A stretch of DNA of 57,760 nt, counting the filler, from Sphacelaria rigidula (taxonomy: Eukaryota), in NCBI GenBank assembly GCA_964200075.2. It is 8 parts of 8 records of this genome, joined end to end, with 100 filler letters (N's around TTAATTAATTAA, not from the genome) between each part and the next. Parts side by side here need not be neighbours in the genome. Positions count along the whole stretch, not along the records: positions 1 to 7,133 come from CAXNAA020016319.1; positions 7,234 to 14,366 come from CAXNAA020016320.1; 6 more parts are not named here. The stretch is one strand, 5' to 3'. Position 1 is the stretch's first letter; every line of letters starts with the position of its first letter. Both the position numbers and the translations under genes were made by a program. Positions 1-11,744 of the stretch are shown piece by piece. Below the pieces are notes generated by a model. It saw only the letters and a list, made by a program, of their open reading frames with translations. It made no database searches and was not told where the DNA came from.

Positions 1-27
1 GAGGGGGGGGGGGGGGGGGGAGAGGGA

Positions 28-81
<54 letters not shown>

Positions 82-264
82 GGGCAGTCAGTGCTTGTAG
101 CATGCGTAAGCGTACCATTATGTTGTAAAAGATAGTAGCGAAGACGAGCGAAGGCAGTGGGATACTTTATGTGTGAATTGTGAACTTGTCCCTCGCACTG
201 TCACATAGTGCCATGCTGAGAATATTACTCCGGAATGAACCCTACGACTGAAGCCATATCTTAC

Positions 265-3200
265 CATGAAGATACCCTTCGTAGCCCACTCTGCGATGTG
301 GTGCACCCACGCCCACGAGCCCAGGTCAAACCACCCGATGGAAAAGAACACGTGCAACTCTTCGAGACCTGTAGCGGCATCCCTGTACTCCATCATGGCC
401 ACGCCAGGGAAGCCATCGCTTGTGATCGATGTTCCGGATTCATCGAGGTACCTTGTGCAGGACATGACAAAAAAAGACTCGCCCAAGAACGAGGGGTGAA
501 GGGTACGGTTGATTTTCACAACACCTGCATTTGTCGCCTATTCCACAACGGAAGCTACACCATGTCGAAAGTATGAAACGTTTTCACATGGTGCTGGGAG
601 ACCTCCATCTGTCCCAGAAAAGAAATCAAGCACGGCCTGCAATTGTTATGATGCGTCACTTTCGATTTCAGATTCGAGCGAATCGTGGGTCACTTTCTCG
701 ACAAACTCAAATATTCTATTTGAGTAGAAATGTGGGGTAAAAGGGAGCAGGGCGGCAACGAGTTGTTAGACCTACACCCTCTGATGCCTCGTTCCATGTC
801 TCGTCAGCTGGTGCCAAGCCACACCCGTCGATCTTGGGTAACTTCTTGTGGGGATCGAGAAAAAACGGTATCAAACCCTCCCTGAGAACCGTTTCTAGTG
901 AGGTTCAAATTTTGCACGCCAGCTGGTAGGCGTCATGTTTCGGAGGTGGCGCTCTGATCGGTCATGGCAATATGGTTGACCCAACTGCTGTGAGCTCTTC
1001 GTTAGACCAATGCAGACAGTTTCCGGATCTCATATTCCTCACCTCCCACGTGGATATTGAGGCGTATTTGGGTAGAGCAAGTTCTCAAACAAGTAAGATC
1101 GAGTGTAAATGGCGGAGACAGTTCTCAATCATTCCCCCAAAGTAACACGCATGACAAGGGGCGATTTTGAGAATTCCCCCCCCCCAAATACCGAGAAAAA
1201 CAAAAATAAGCCGATTCTTTTTGTAGCATGAGGACCATGAACTACTAAAAACGCCATCCAGGGTGTACTTTCAACAGTTTTGAGTGCTCAGTATACGCGT
1301 GGTAGGAACGTCCTGCGTATTGCAATGTATACCTCTACCTTCGCCGGCATCAAGTAACGGCCGTTTAATCGTACATTGCTTTGGTACTTACTCGGCGATT
1401 GGGGTGGTACTAGCCGTTGCTCCTGTAATGCGAATGGGTCGGGTGAAGAGATTGTTCTTCCCGGGGTCGGTCTGCAGGCCAGAGTTCACGATCCTTGCGC
1501 CGGCGGCACCCTCAGCTGTCACAGAAGACGTAAGTGAACGCGCAACCAAAACTCATTCATGAATATGAATACGAACGCGTACGAAAGAGGATGCCACACC
1601 GCAGCGACGGGAACGCACTTTACGTGACGCGGGATAATTCGGTACAGCAGAAGCACACACCGACTGTCGCAAATACACATATATAATGGTGTGGACATGT
1701 AGAGGCTTTGAAATTGCCGCTCATAGTGAAACCTCACAGACAGGAATATCTGCGATAACGGCACCGGGGAATAAATAGCATCAAAGAAGGACAAAATTAC
1801 CACAAACGTTGTTTTTTCCTCATGTTTCTACGAATCATCGTTTTCCTTTCCCCACCAGGGACACAGGTTTCACGTACCGGTCAGCCTGATGGCGGAAGGC
1901 GACAACAAGTCCCCTTGCCAGTTCGCCTGAATGCCAAGCTTTGCTGTAAAGTCGGGATGCGCCGACGTTTCAGAAACGTCAAAGTACACAATACGAGCCT
2001 TAAACGTGGAGGAGTACTCGGACAGAGCAGTGAACTGCACATCGGTCGCCGGCAATCCCACGTAAACGGTGTTGCACTTTCCGTGCGTGGGGTTGATCGT
2101 CATCTCAGTCAGAAGGTCGTCGCCAGGGGACGCAACAATGATGACCTGCATTCGCCGTTCACGACAATGATGGTCACAGAAATTTGAGAGTCAGGTTGGA
2201 GCAGGTCTTGATTGCAGATGGGGTACTGCATGGTCCACAAGCGCGGGTCAGTAGTCGTACAAAATATAACGCAGTTGAATACGTTCATGGAATCGAGTGC
2301 CACTGCGACCTTGTCCGACAGGATGGATCAAGTGAAGAGCGCCATAAAATGGCGTGCGTCGAACAGAAACACGCGGCTGACGCACAAACAGGTGGGAGGG
2401 CAGTTTCGGTCGGCTCGTGCGTATGGTATCGGGCTGGCGTGACCGTGTGCCCGTTTGCAGCGCGTGCGATATGGTCAGTCCAACAGTCCCCGATGGATGG
2501 TTGTGGGGCATCGTAACAGGCATGGTTCATCCCACAATCCATGTCTTTCAATCGCAAACCGTCAACACAAGAAGGTGAGATGGACACTGCAGACGGTAAC
2601 GCAAGCGCCGCACAAGTACCCGCGGCATCATGGTGTACGCTCTATTGAACTTTGATGTGGTGCCAGGAAAAAACATGCGTACGAGGAGCATATTTAAAAC
2701 ACTGGAGGGTAGACCTGCCGTGATCGTGTGCTTACCGGAGGGCCCGACCAGTACCCCTTGTAGAATATCTCCATCATGTACGGACCCGCGGTAGTCTCGG
2801 TCTTGTGGGTCGAGAAGCGCATGCATTAGACGAAACACGTCAGAGGAAAAACGCAGGCGAAACCAACGAGCGAAAATATACGACGCATGGAACTATTTCG
2901 AAAACCTTCCCACAATACAACACGCTTGCGATGGAAGCTGCAAGATTCAGCAAGATTGACTATTCCAGGGAACTCTGTTGCTTGTTATTATGGGCACAAT
3001 TATCCGTGCAAAACCCCATGTTTGACGCGGAACATTTCGGCATCGTCGCGGCTACATCTCGTTCGCAATCGTTTCTTTACTCCATTTCGCGATACAGGCA
3101 ACCTTGACACACGGGCATGTGAACGAGTGAAACGGGAGATTGAAATAACCGCCGCACAGGCGCGTCCGTTTCAAAAAGTATAGCTATTTTACATTTTCCG

Positions 3201-6200
3201 ACTTCGCGAACGAACTCACGATCGCCTCAGGGGTAAGGATGCAGGGTACCAGGTCCACAAGCACCGTAGTCCCCCTCAAACTGGCTGGAGTAGGTGAGGA
3301 AGGCAGATCATCGGGGCCTGATGGGGTAATTGTGACGACAGATATGTTGGAGAAGAGGTGGAGCGAGGGCGGGGGCGAAGGAAACATCCGATGGACGTAC
3401 TGCTGAGGCTGCAAGTGGGGATGACCCGTGCCCCCGCGAGATGAGCAGACCTCGATGTGGACGAAACTCCACGGAATACCGGTCGTTTGATTGGCAGTGT
3501 TTGTACATTCAAGCGTTTCTTGTAGTTGTAGATTGACACTCTTACCTCCGATTCTGTAGATGTTCATGGCGTTACCGCCGCCGCAGATCAAGTTAGCGTC
3601 ACCGGAACAAACCTTGTTGCACGCGGTAGACGGACCGTGCTTGTCGATGTCGCTCGAGGCAGGTCCGCACCAGCACTGAAAAAGTAGTACATCATGGATA
3701 GAGAAACCCGTCAGAGTAGAGAACAAGATTATCCGAAAACAAGAACGGCAGGTTAACTCCTCGTGGGCTATGCATCACTGATGAGTGTTGAAGGCAATCT
3801 GTTTCTGTATGTTCCGGCAGAGCGGTGTTTGTTCAGGGGGTAGGGTGGACACCAAATCCTCGCCACCAAATTTCGTTGCTCGTGAGGACATACGGTTCAC
3901 ATAGAGCTATAACGTCGACCTTCCATCGGGTGGGGCAAGCAATGACTAACCCAGCGCTGAACCAAACGAAGTACAAGGAACAGACCATACAAAATACCTT
4001 GCGCTTTTGTGAATTGCTCTTGCCCATCAGTGCTCGCTCGAAACTGAGGCTCACCTTAGGTGGCTAGTACCAAGAGAAACAGAACGCCGCGATGAAAACG
4101 AGAAGGCAAACAGTAAAGACCCTGTGACCCCACCTTTCATCGTTCTCGAACCCTATGTGATTACGCGGGCACTCTACCGGAAAGTGCTCGCTCGCTAACA
4201 GAGCTCGAAGGCCCGAAATAAAAGCGTGCATACGGAAAGCTAGCGACGATTCACTATTGGAGTAAAGCATCATCGGCGAAGCTGCGAGAATCGAGCTAAG
4301 CAAATACCAAGAGAGAAAAGACACGCCACTCCGACAGCGTATCCTCGCACCTCGTTCCCGTACTGCACGCCGTAATAAGTGTGGGTAGCGTCGGCCTCGC
4401 AAAGAGCCTTGCAGCTCTGTCGTATGTGGCGAGCAACGGAGACACGAAGATCAAAGGCATGAAGCATGGTTAGAAGGAGAGCTGACACGCAGCAACGTGG
4501 GGTGTTGACGAGTATACACGGTGACATCATCTTCGGAACTGCATGCTTTTCAAGCTGACAACGAAACGACCCCAGTTACATTCATGCAGCAAACTAGCAG
4601 TCAGCATCGCCATGATTCCTGTTACGTTCTCGCTCATCTCAAATTAGTTACCTTCGTTCCCTTCTCTTGAGCGAGAAGACAGCGGGCGGAAAGTTCTGTC
4701 ACGCCCCAAGGGCACCCGTGATCCCCTGCACTGTCGGATACGGAGTCCCTAATCTAGACAGTGCCTGAGTGTGAATCGATCCAACCGCGGTATGGTCATA
4801 AGTGACACAGCACAATCCGCCCCGTGCGCTACGTCGCCGCGTGCACCCCGATACCTGTATTGTGGGTATTGGAGCGCACTGTACCGAAAAAGTTCACCTC
4901 CTCGCCTCTCCCGCACCGCCTCGCCGCCCATCAACTACTGCTGTCAACAAAATCGAATCCCCAATATGCACGACCGGTTTCACCTTGCGAACAGCAGCAT
5001 TGTTTTTGCTTCCAACGGCACACATACCTCAGGTGTCATATCGGGAATACCCTTGGCAGATTGGGGAAGAATGCGGTCATTCAGGGCGTCTGCATAGCAA
5101 TCACCTCCACCAGGGTGTGGGGTGTGTAAAGGACCGGGAGTGGGTGTTGGGCTGGAAGTAGGTGTTGGGCCAGGAGTAGGTGGAAAACCTATCTCCAAGG
5201 AACGGTCGGGACATAGCACCAGGGAAGGGGAGGGGGTATGTATTCATGATCTTGCATGCGATTGTCATACGACCATCGACCTCGCATCCCTGAATATCCG
5301 GAAGTAGGCCAGGTTCTCGCCGGACCAGGCTCGCAGTCAATAACAACGCGCGAAGCACCGTGATGTGTTCGGCGAATCGCACAAAGGGGGTACTTTTTCC
5401 CACTAAAATTGGTTTTCCCGAAGCGAACTGACTATCGTGCATTCGGGGACAGCTTTCAATGATTTCTTTCATTCATAATCTGGTATCGACATGAGGGGGG
5501 GGAAGGTATGTCATATATGTGATTGTGGTGAGGAGAGGTCAACTAAACGCCCAGGCGACGTCCCAACGCTTCCAATGTAGCGATCGTTTACGACTGGCTA
5601 GTTGCTCATTTTTATTTTTATTCACATGTAATAGGGGTCATACTAAGGTTAGGTCGCTCTCAGTCGTTAATCTAGAGAGCACACACCGCTGGCGCACGCT
5701 ACGCTGTCCATAATCAAGCCACCGTCGACGACCACCCGCTTCTTCCCAGAATGCCAACTTGGAGAACGGGGCGGGAATGCTCGTTGCTTTGGATATTTGC
5801 TCCTAACCTCGGACACGGTGCGTTTGTATCATCGTTGATCGGAGACGGGCGATTGGTGCATGTTTCCTCTCCAAAACGCGTTCTCCATGGCATATCGCAA
5901 GATTATGATCGGGTACGTCTATCATGAGACCCCGGCTGGACCATTGGGGCATCACTTATAGTGCGACAATCAATCAATCAATCGATCATTACCCATATTG
6001 CGAGTCTGCACTCGAAGGAATGCTACCTCTCGATGCTATGTAGCCCCAATGGTGGCACTGCTTGACGTCCTAAACTTCAGTGCACACTTCCCTGAAACAG
6101 CTAAACGACTGGAAACAGCCGATAATCGAAATTGAGGATGGATCTATTCATTGAGGATGAGAACCCGGAAAAATACAATCTTCGTATCGACACAAAATCG

Positions 6201-6677
6201 TCGAAAATGGTTCCATTCTTTCACCTGCTGGGAGCTTATGACACCTGCAATACACCCTACAAAGATGGAGTTCGATCACCGAAATGCTGGGGTCCTAGAC
6301 GGAGAAAATGTTTTGAGGAATTCAGGTGATCCGATCGGATCGTCGGAATTCCACGAAATTGTGTCGATACGAAGATTTTCATCCTCCGATTTCTATCCCT
6401 CATGAAAAACTCCATCCTCAATTCCGATGATTGGCTGTTCGAAGCGAACGATGTTGGCCTTTCCAAACAGATATCAACAAGCCGTGGCCGTACTCTATTT
6501 ATTTGAGGACGAGAGGAAACGTTCGCGTGGAGATTTACTTTTATTATTCCCGATGCGGTACACGTTCATGGCGTTGCCGCCACCGCAGATCTCATCTGCA
6601 TCACCACTGCAAAGCATCGTACACGCTGTGGACAGTCCGTGTTGGGAGAAGTCGCTGGTGCCAGGTCCGCACCAACA
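265..6677 (-). CDS. Partial multi-exon gene: WSC (C-terminal half) - Pro/Thr linker - WSC - Agd3-like region; both ends lie outside the scaffold
   Basis: Nine exons with AG acceptors, GT donors and consistent phases, in transcript order: 6539-6677, 5028-5188, 4351-4416, 3546-3675, 3220-3317, 2736-2801, 1878-2145, 1392-1515, 265-451. Total 1239 nt = 413 codons with no stop. WSC motifs: CYAD..NDRIL...MTPE-SCKALC....YYGVQYGNE-CWCG....CSGDANLICGG.NAMNIY, plus a second CWCG...CSGDADEICGG. The downstream part (VDLVPCIL..., TDVQFTALSEYSSTFKARIVYFDV, EELHVFF...VHHIAEWATKGIFM) resembles Agd3 from memory. Confidence 0.85.
6114..6439. mobile_element. Intronic MITE with ~90-bp imperfect TIRs (AACA-terminus family)
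   Basis: Left end AACAGCCGATAATCGAAATTGAGGATGG...CTTCGTATCGACACAA matches the reverse complement of the right end TTGTGTCGATACGAAG...CCATCCTCAATTCCGATGATTGGCTGTT. Confidence 0.75.
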
Positions 6678-7133
6678 CTGCAGTACATAGGATATGGACA
6701 ATAGTCCGCGCGAAGAGTGGAAGAGACGTCAGGGACAGCCGTTTTAAATGAAGGAGCGAGGCACCATCCACGTTGCGGGAGACAAGTATCATCGATGGTG
6801 CTGACGAATATCGGGTGTTGGTCCGACCTGGGTTGATAGTTGAAAATACCGTTCTAATTTGCCTCCTTGTTTACTCCTTTTGAGGGGTTACAAGATGCCA
6901 AGTACAGTATTGCACGACAGGAAGCAGATGTAGAGAAAATGCATATAACAGGGGATTCTATAAGATGAGGTTAATCAATGAAATGAGGTTCGAGAAGGCT
7001 AGCCAGTATGCGACAAAAACCCGAGGCAAGTACCGTCCGCAGGTTCGTTCGATCATTACCGGGGGGGGGGGGGGGGTGTCACCGTTTTTCTGCGTCCCAT
7101 TGCCAAAGGCCCCTTGCCCCCCCATTCTTACCC

Positions 7134-7233
7134 NNNNNNNNNNNNNNNNNNNNNNNNNNNNNNNNNNNNNNNNNNNNTTAATTAATTAANNNNNNNNNNN
7201 NNNNNNNNNNNNNNNNNNNNNNNNNNNNNNNNN
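7134..7233. other. Artificial scaffold linker
   Basis: 44 N + TTAATTAATTAA (stops in all six frames) + 44 N. Confidence 0.99.
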
Positions 7234-7762
7234 ATGAAGGGTGAGCTACATCCTGCTAAGATTGTTCGGCCCGAAGCCTTCTGATTATTTTACATTTGGA
7301 TGACAGCCTACAATGAGTTGTTGTATTTTCTGATATCGTCACTTCCAGAGACAGCCACGGCTTATTATAGACTGCCTCATGGGCTTATCATGCACCATTT
7401 AAACGCCGCGTAGTACGATCATCGCCTTTGTGCGGAGTTGAGGTTCTCTCACCCCGCACAATATGGTCCATTGTAGCTGGACTACCATCATGGTTACCGC
7501 AACACAAAGGCAAGCGCGCATAGAAAACCGGTAACCTGGTTGCCTAGCGTACGCAGGGAGTGGCGTGTGTTATAGCGTCATCGCCAACCGACGCGAATCC
7601 CACCGAGGGTCCGCCTCTACAAAGCCGGGACGGAGCACGCCGGATTCTCGCCGGACCAGGCTAGGGGGGGGGGGGGGGGGGGGGAAAAAAAAGAGGGGGC
7701 AGGGTGGGGAACACCAAAGAAAACAAGGGNNNNNNNNNNGGCGGGGGGGGGGGGGGGGCGGG

Positions 7763-7810
<48 letters not shown>

Positions 7811-7821
7811 ATATAATGGGC

Positions 7822-7958
7822 CACAGTGGCAAGCTACTCCAGAAAGCATATTGGGCCTCGTGGAGGGGAATTTCGGAACTGAAACGATTCATTCACTAAT
7901 CGACCGCTTTCCTCTCTCCATCATATACCCTACTCTCAATCTCACGAAAAAATTGTCA
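7822..7958 (+). repeat. Partial copy (right half) of the ~300-bp MITE seen complete at 52892-53193; another fragment at 28933-29004
   Basis: CAGTGGCAAGCTACT...TTCGGAACTGAAACG.TTCATTCACTAAT.GACC...CTACTCTCAA..CACGAAAA shared with 53059-53193. Confidence 0.8.
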
Positions 7959-8149
7959 ATGATGGAAACGTGGCATACCGTGCTTTCGTCTTGTAAAGAA
8001 GTTTGCAAGTAACATGTATGCGTACCCTGGGATACTTCGCCTGCTCAAGTATCACGTGCTAAATTGAGAAATAATCATATTCAGACTAGAGATTGGGTGC
8101 AGACGCCGAATCCGACGTGCCATTTCGACATTATTATTAGCCCTTCTTT

Positions 8150-9305
8150 ACGAGCCGGGCCAGCCTCAAAACGGATTTGAGCTCTAAAAGCGATATCTCA
8201 GCGACACAGACGATATTATCGTATTAATCGTCTAATCAAGGGGAAGATGCTCATCTGCTCAAAAATCTGGGCCAATTTTTTCTCGTTGATTAAAACCCCA
8301 TGTCTAGTAATTCCTAAACCTAGCGGAGATAGCGTCCACACTAAAACCTATATGAAACCCCGAACGATCGATTAAGCGGATGATGACGATTTTTGTTGCG
8401 GACCTTCCCTGGAGCACGGGGAGACGATATAGATACTGTACCCTCACCTTCACCTAATTCGTAATCTATCTGGAGATGTGGCGCACATAAATTTCGATAC
8501 TAAAATCAGCATACTACGAGTAGAGGCACTACTAGATGACCTACATCTGGATACCGCGTCTCAGGGTTTGAGAGTTGTGCTATGAAATTTGGTATGGAAA
8601 ACCGTTAGTGCATAACGAAACGAGATAGACAGTCTTTTCGTGTTTTTTTTCCCCCGTTTTTTTCACCTTTTTTCGTGTTTTTAGGGGAGTTTTGAGGATA
8701 AATGAACATTGCTCTTGGGCCTTATCTCGATTTTTCAGTTCAATTTTCAGAAATCTGATTCGAAACTTGGCATGGAGAACGACAGAGGAGGAATGTTGAG
8801 TAAAAAAATGGGCTTTTAGTATAATTATTTATGAGAGGTCCGGGCGTTCTCGTAAAAAAATGGTCGTTACCATACTAAAACGCCTTCAATCAGTGAGAAA
8901 TAAAAATAATACCAACATCACCCTTTTTTCTTCGTTTATCATGACCTAGCGAGGTCCTGCATAAAGTTTCAACCGACAAACACCAAACGTGGGCCGATAA
9001 ACGGCCTGCAAAATACTGTTCTGAATTTTCACCGGCCCGGTTTTTCAAAGATAAATCCGCAATTTTTCTCTTGGAGGTTGAAAAGTGAAATTTGGTATGG
9101 ACAATCGACAGGGCATGAAGAAAAGCTGTCTGTGAGGTCCCGATTTTTTTTTTTTCATGAGTTGAGGGCAATAATCAGTTTTGAGGTTTCAGTAAAATGC
9201 CCTTTAACTCATGAAAAGAAAAAAAACTTCGGGACCTCACAGACAGCTTTTCTTCATGCCCTGTTGATTGCCCATGCCAAATTTCACTTTCTAACTCCAG
9301 GAAAA
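8150..9305 (+). repeat. Dispersed non-coding repeat (~0.95 kb shared with 20547-21445) ending in a long inverted repeat
   Basis: Collinear similarity with scaffold 3 (ATCGTATTAATCGTCT, CCCATGTCTAGTAATTCCTA, ATGAAACCCCGAACGAT, CCTAGCGAGGTCC, ACCGGCCCGGTTT). Inverted arms at about 9068-9171 and 9196-9300. Confidence 0.8.
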
Positions 9306-9833
9306 AAAATGTGAACTCGCCTGCGAAGTACAAATCCGCTTGTAGGCTGGCCCAGCCTGTAATCGGGAACGAATGTTGAAAATGTCGCTCTGCCGATTCG
9401 GGGTATTGAAGGCATATTATCAAACAATGCAACCTGAAAACCAAATATACTCCACCGAACTAGGGAATGGGTAGAAATAACGTGCGGCTGAATCGGACAA
9501 CGACAGGTTCATCGAACGTCAACTGAGTGAAGATTTTAACACATCGACCGACGGGTCCTGACTAATTGTGTTTGGATTTACGAAAATTTGCGGGCTAATC
9601 TTGCCCCGCTTTGGTTCCGGCCTGTTCCAGTACATTGAACACCTCATCAAGTGTGAGAATTTACGGCATGGCACGTACGGGTGTATAGAAAACATCTTCA
9701 ATGCGTTGATGACTTCTCGTGCGGAGGTAGGTCCCAAGGTTTTCCCGGGATAGGAGAGTAGTCGTCCCCGGGGGTGGTACCCACCGTTTTGTGCTGTCGG
9801 AAACGAACGGTGGTGCTCCAGGCTATCCTAGGA

Positions 9834-10089
9834 GAGTGATGCTACGGTAGGTGTGCACAATTATTTCTTGAGGTCAGAATCGTTGGGAGCCCTTTATCTC
9901 ATCCACAACACGACTTTTCAAACATGTGAGAGTACGGCAGGATTATTATTCCAATGTGGTAAGAGATATCCCGAATGAAGTTGCAAACGGGGATGCCCTG
10001 ACCCCTATTCTTGTGCATCTACAATCGTTGGAGCCCCTGAACCAGACGAGATTTTCCGCAAAAAATGCACTCCTACCGTAGCATTGCTC
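9834..10089. mobile_element. MITE with GAG...CTC termini (Sola2-like), subfamily A
   Basis: TIR GAGTGATGCTACGGTAGG / CCTACCGTAGCATTGCTC; flanks AGGA/GGGA; internal sequence shared with 46594-46851 and 53773-54330. Confidence 0.85.
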
Positions 10090-10188
10090 GGGAGTACGCA
10101 GTAAGGTTGTCGATATTGTGACGATAACCGGCTGCCATGCGGTCAAAAGCATCATGTAGTCCGCCCCCAAACGAAAAGAAAACACAAG

Positions 10189-10251
<63 letters not shown>

Positions 10252-10391
10252 TTCCCTTACCCTTCCTCTTCTATCTCGTAACCACTGCACTTTTTTTTNN
10301 NNNNNNNNCCCCCCCCCCCCCCTCCCGATTTAAAAAACACACATACCCCCCCCCCCCCCCCCCCGAGTGGGGACCCCTACATATTCTGGAA

Positions 10392-10697
10392 TGACCTCTT
10401 TAGGCTAAATTTTCCTATCGCGATAGAGAGAAATTGCATTTTTTTATCGCGATGCTATCTGCCACAGGATCACACAGTTTCTCGCAACGACCACTGGCGA
10501 CATTAAACATTTTCACGAGGAAATATGTAGGACCAGACACTTTACATTAGTTTGATTTTCTCTGGTCGTAAATGATGCTATCGCGATGCCAGTCCTGGCC
10601 ATTTCTGTCCATCGCGATAGCATCGCGATAGAGAAATTTGTCTTTCTTTCTATCGCGATACTATCGCGATACTATCGCGATACCACTTTTAGGGTCA
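10392..10697. mobile_element. Probable MITE with about eight ATCGCGAT palindromic motifs
   Basis: Ends TGACC... / ...GGGTCA; ATCGCGAT motifs clustered toward both ends. Confidence 0.55.
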
Positions 10698-11448
10698 AAT
10701 AGGCCGAAATGGACAGTTCCAGAATATTTGGTATACTGCCCGAGTGAGGGTATTTGGGGAGAAGATATGTTCATCTCATCGTCGGGGAGAGGGAGAAGGG
10801 GGGTCTGGAATCAGCTGGTATAATGCATGAGTTCTAGTGACCCCTAGCGGGTCAAGGGGTATATATAGTATGTATGCATATATATCGCCACTGTATTCAA
10901 CAGTCCCTGGCAGTAGATTTTTATCCCAGTTCATACATACGACGGGGATGGGACAATGTCTTCCCCGGGGTGTTTGTCGTCCCGTAAGAAAAAGAAGTAC
11001 AGTGATCAGATGGAATAGATTGTAATGGCATTTTTATTGGTACCGGCCACGTGGTCAGATTCTTCATTGTCCGGCCGCAAATGGCTCACACGTAGGATAA
11101 AAACGCATTTTGGCCGACACTGCTCGGGGAGAGGATACGTCGAATTTATCCCCGAGAAGGAGGCGCGGGAGGAAGAGGGGTTATGAAGATGCAGGATGGG
11201 GTAAGGTCGATTTCACGATGCCTTCTGCATGTATGACCAGGGGCACCGCCATTCGTACGAATAATAAGGCCTTGACGGTGCATGATGTCCCCTGCTTGTG
11301 TTTAGGGAGGAGATATAAAAGCATCTTCGCCCCCGTGGTGTCTGCAACCCCCTTGAAAAATACGTCATGTGTTACTAGTGAGAGGAGACTGTACGCCTTG
11401 TGTTAGTACCACTCACGGATTTAGATTCATTACTGTCCGGCCGCAAAT

Positions 11449-11710
11449 GACCAATGCTACGCTAGCCCCCCCCTCCCAAAACAAAAGTGGCTGGTTTGGG
11501 GAGACAATCTCTCTACGTAAATCGAAATGAAAAAGACGAGCACAACGAGCAGTTGGGAATTCCCACGCCTGGGATTGTTTTCGCCAATGTCGTCCATATA
11601 ACAAGGCGCTTTATGCAGGCTGAAACAAAAGTCATGCGCTGCGTGTGACCACTTTCTTCGTGACAGTTTGGACTTTTTGTTTTGGAGCGGGGGGTATCGT
11701 AGCATTATTA
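11449..11710. mobile_element. MITE with GAG...CTC-type termini, subfamily B (degenerate ends)
   Basis: AATGCTACGCTAGCCCCCC / GGGGGGTATCGTAGCATT; internal sequence shared with 31264-31525 and, inverted, 44762-45014. Confidence 0.8.
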
Positions 11711-11744
11711 GTCAAATAACCCAATCTTCGTATCTCACTCCCCT

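Noticed and set aside
1-83. Poly-G tracts (also about 7664-7808, 10192-10365, 21494-21545, 43210-43250) and the poly-Gly/poly-Pro ORFs they produce
   Set aside because: Homopolymers beside gaps or scaffold ends; lengths are unreliable and may be sequencing artefacts. The ORFs have no splice or codon support.
2548-2838. ORF-track 96-aa frame as an exon of the WSC gene
   Set aside because: A different frame (2736-2801) has a clear AG acceptor, GTAAGC donor and matching phases on both sides.
5335-5460. Possible snRNA-like sequence in an intron
   Set aside because: No diagnostic U1, U2, U4, U5 or U6 motif found on either strand.
7178-7189. Recurrent palindrome TTAATTAATTAA
   Set aside because: Artificial six-frame stop linker embedded in Ns.
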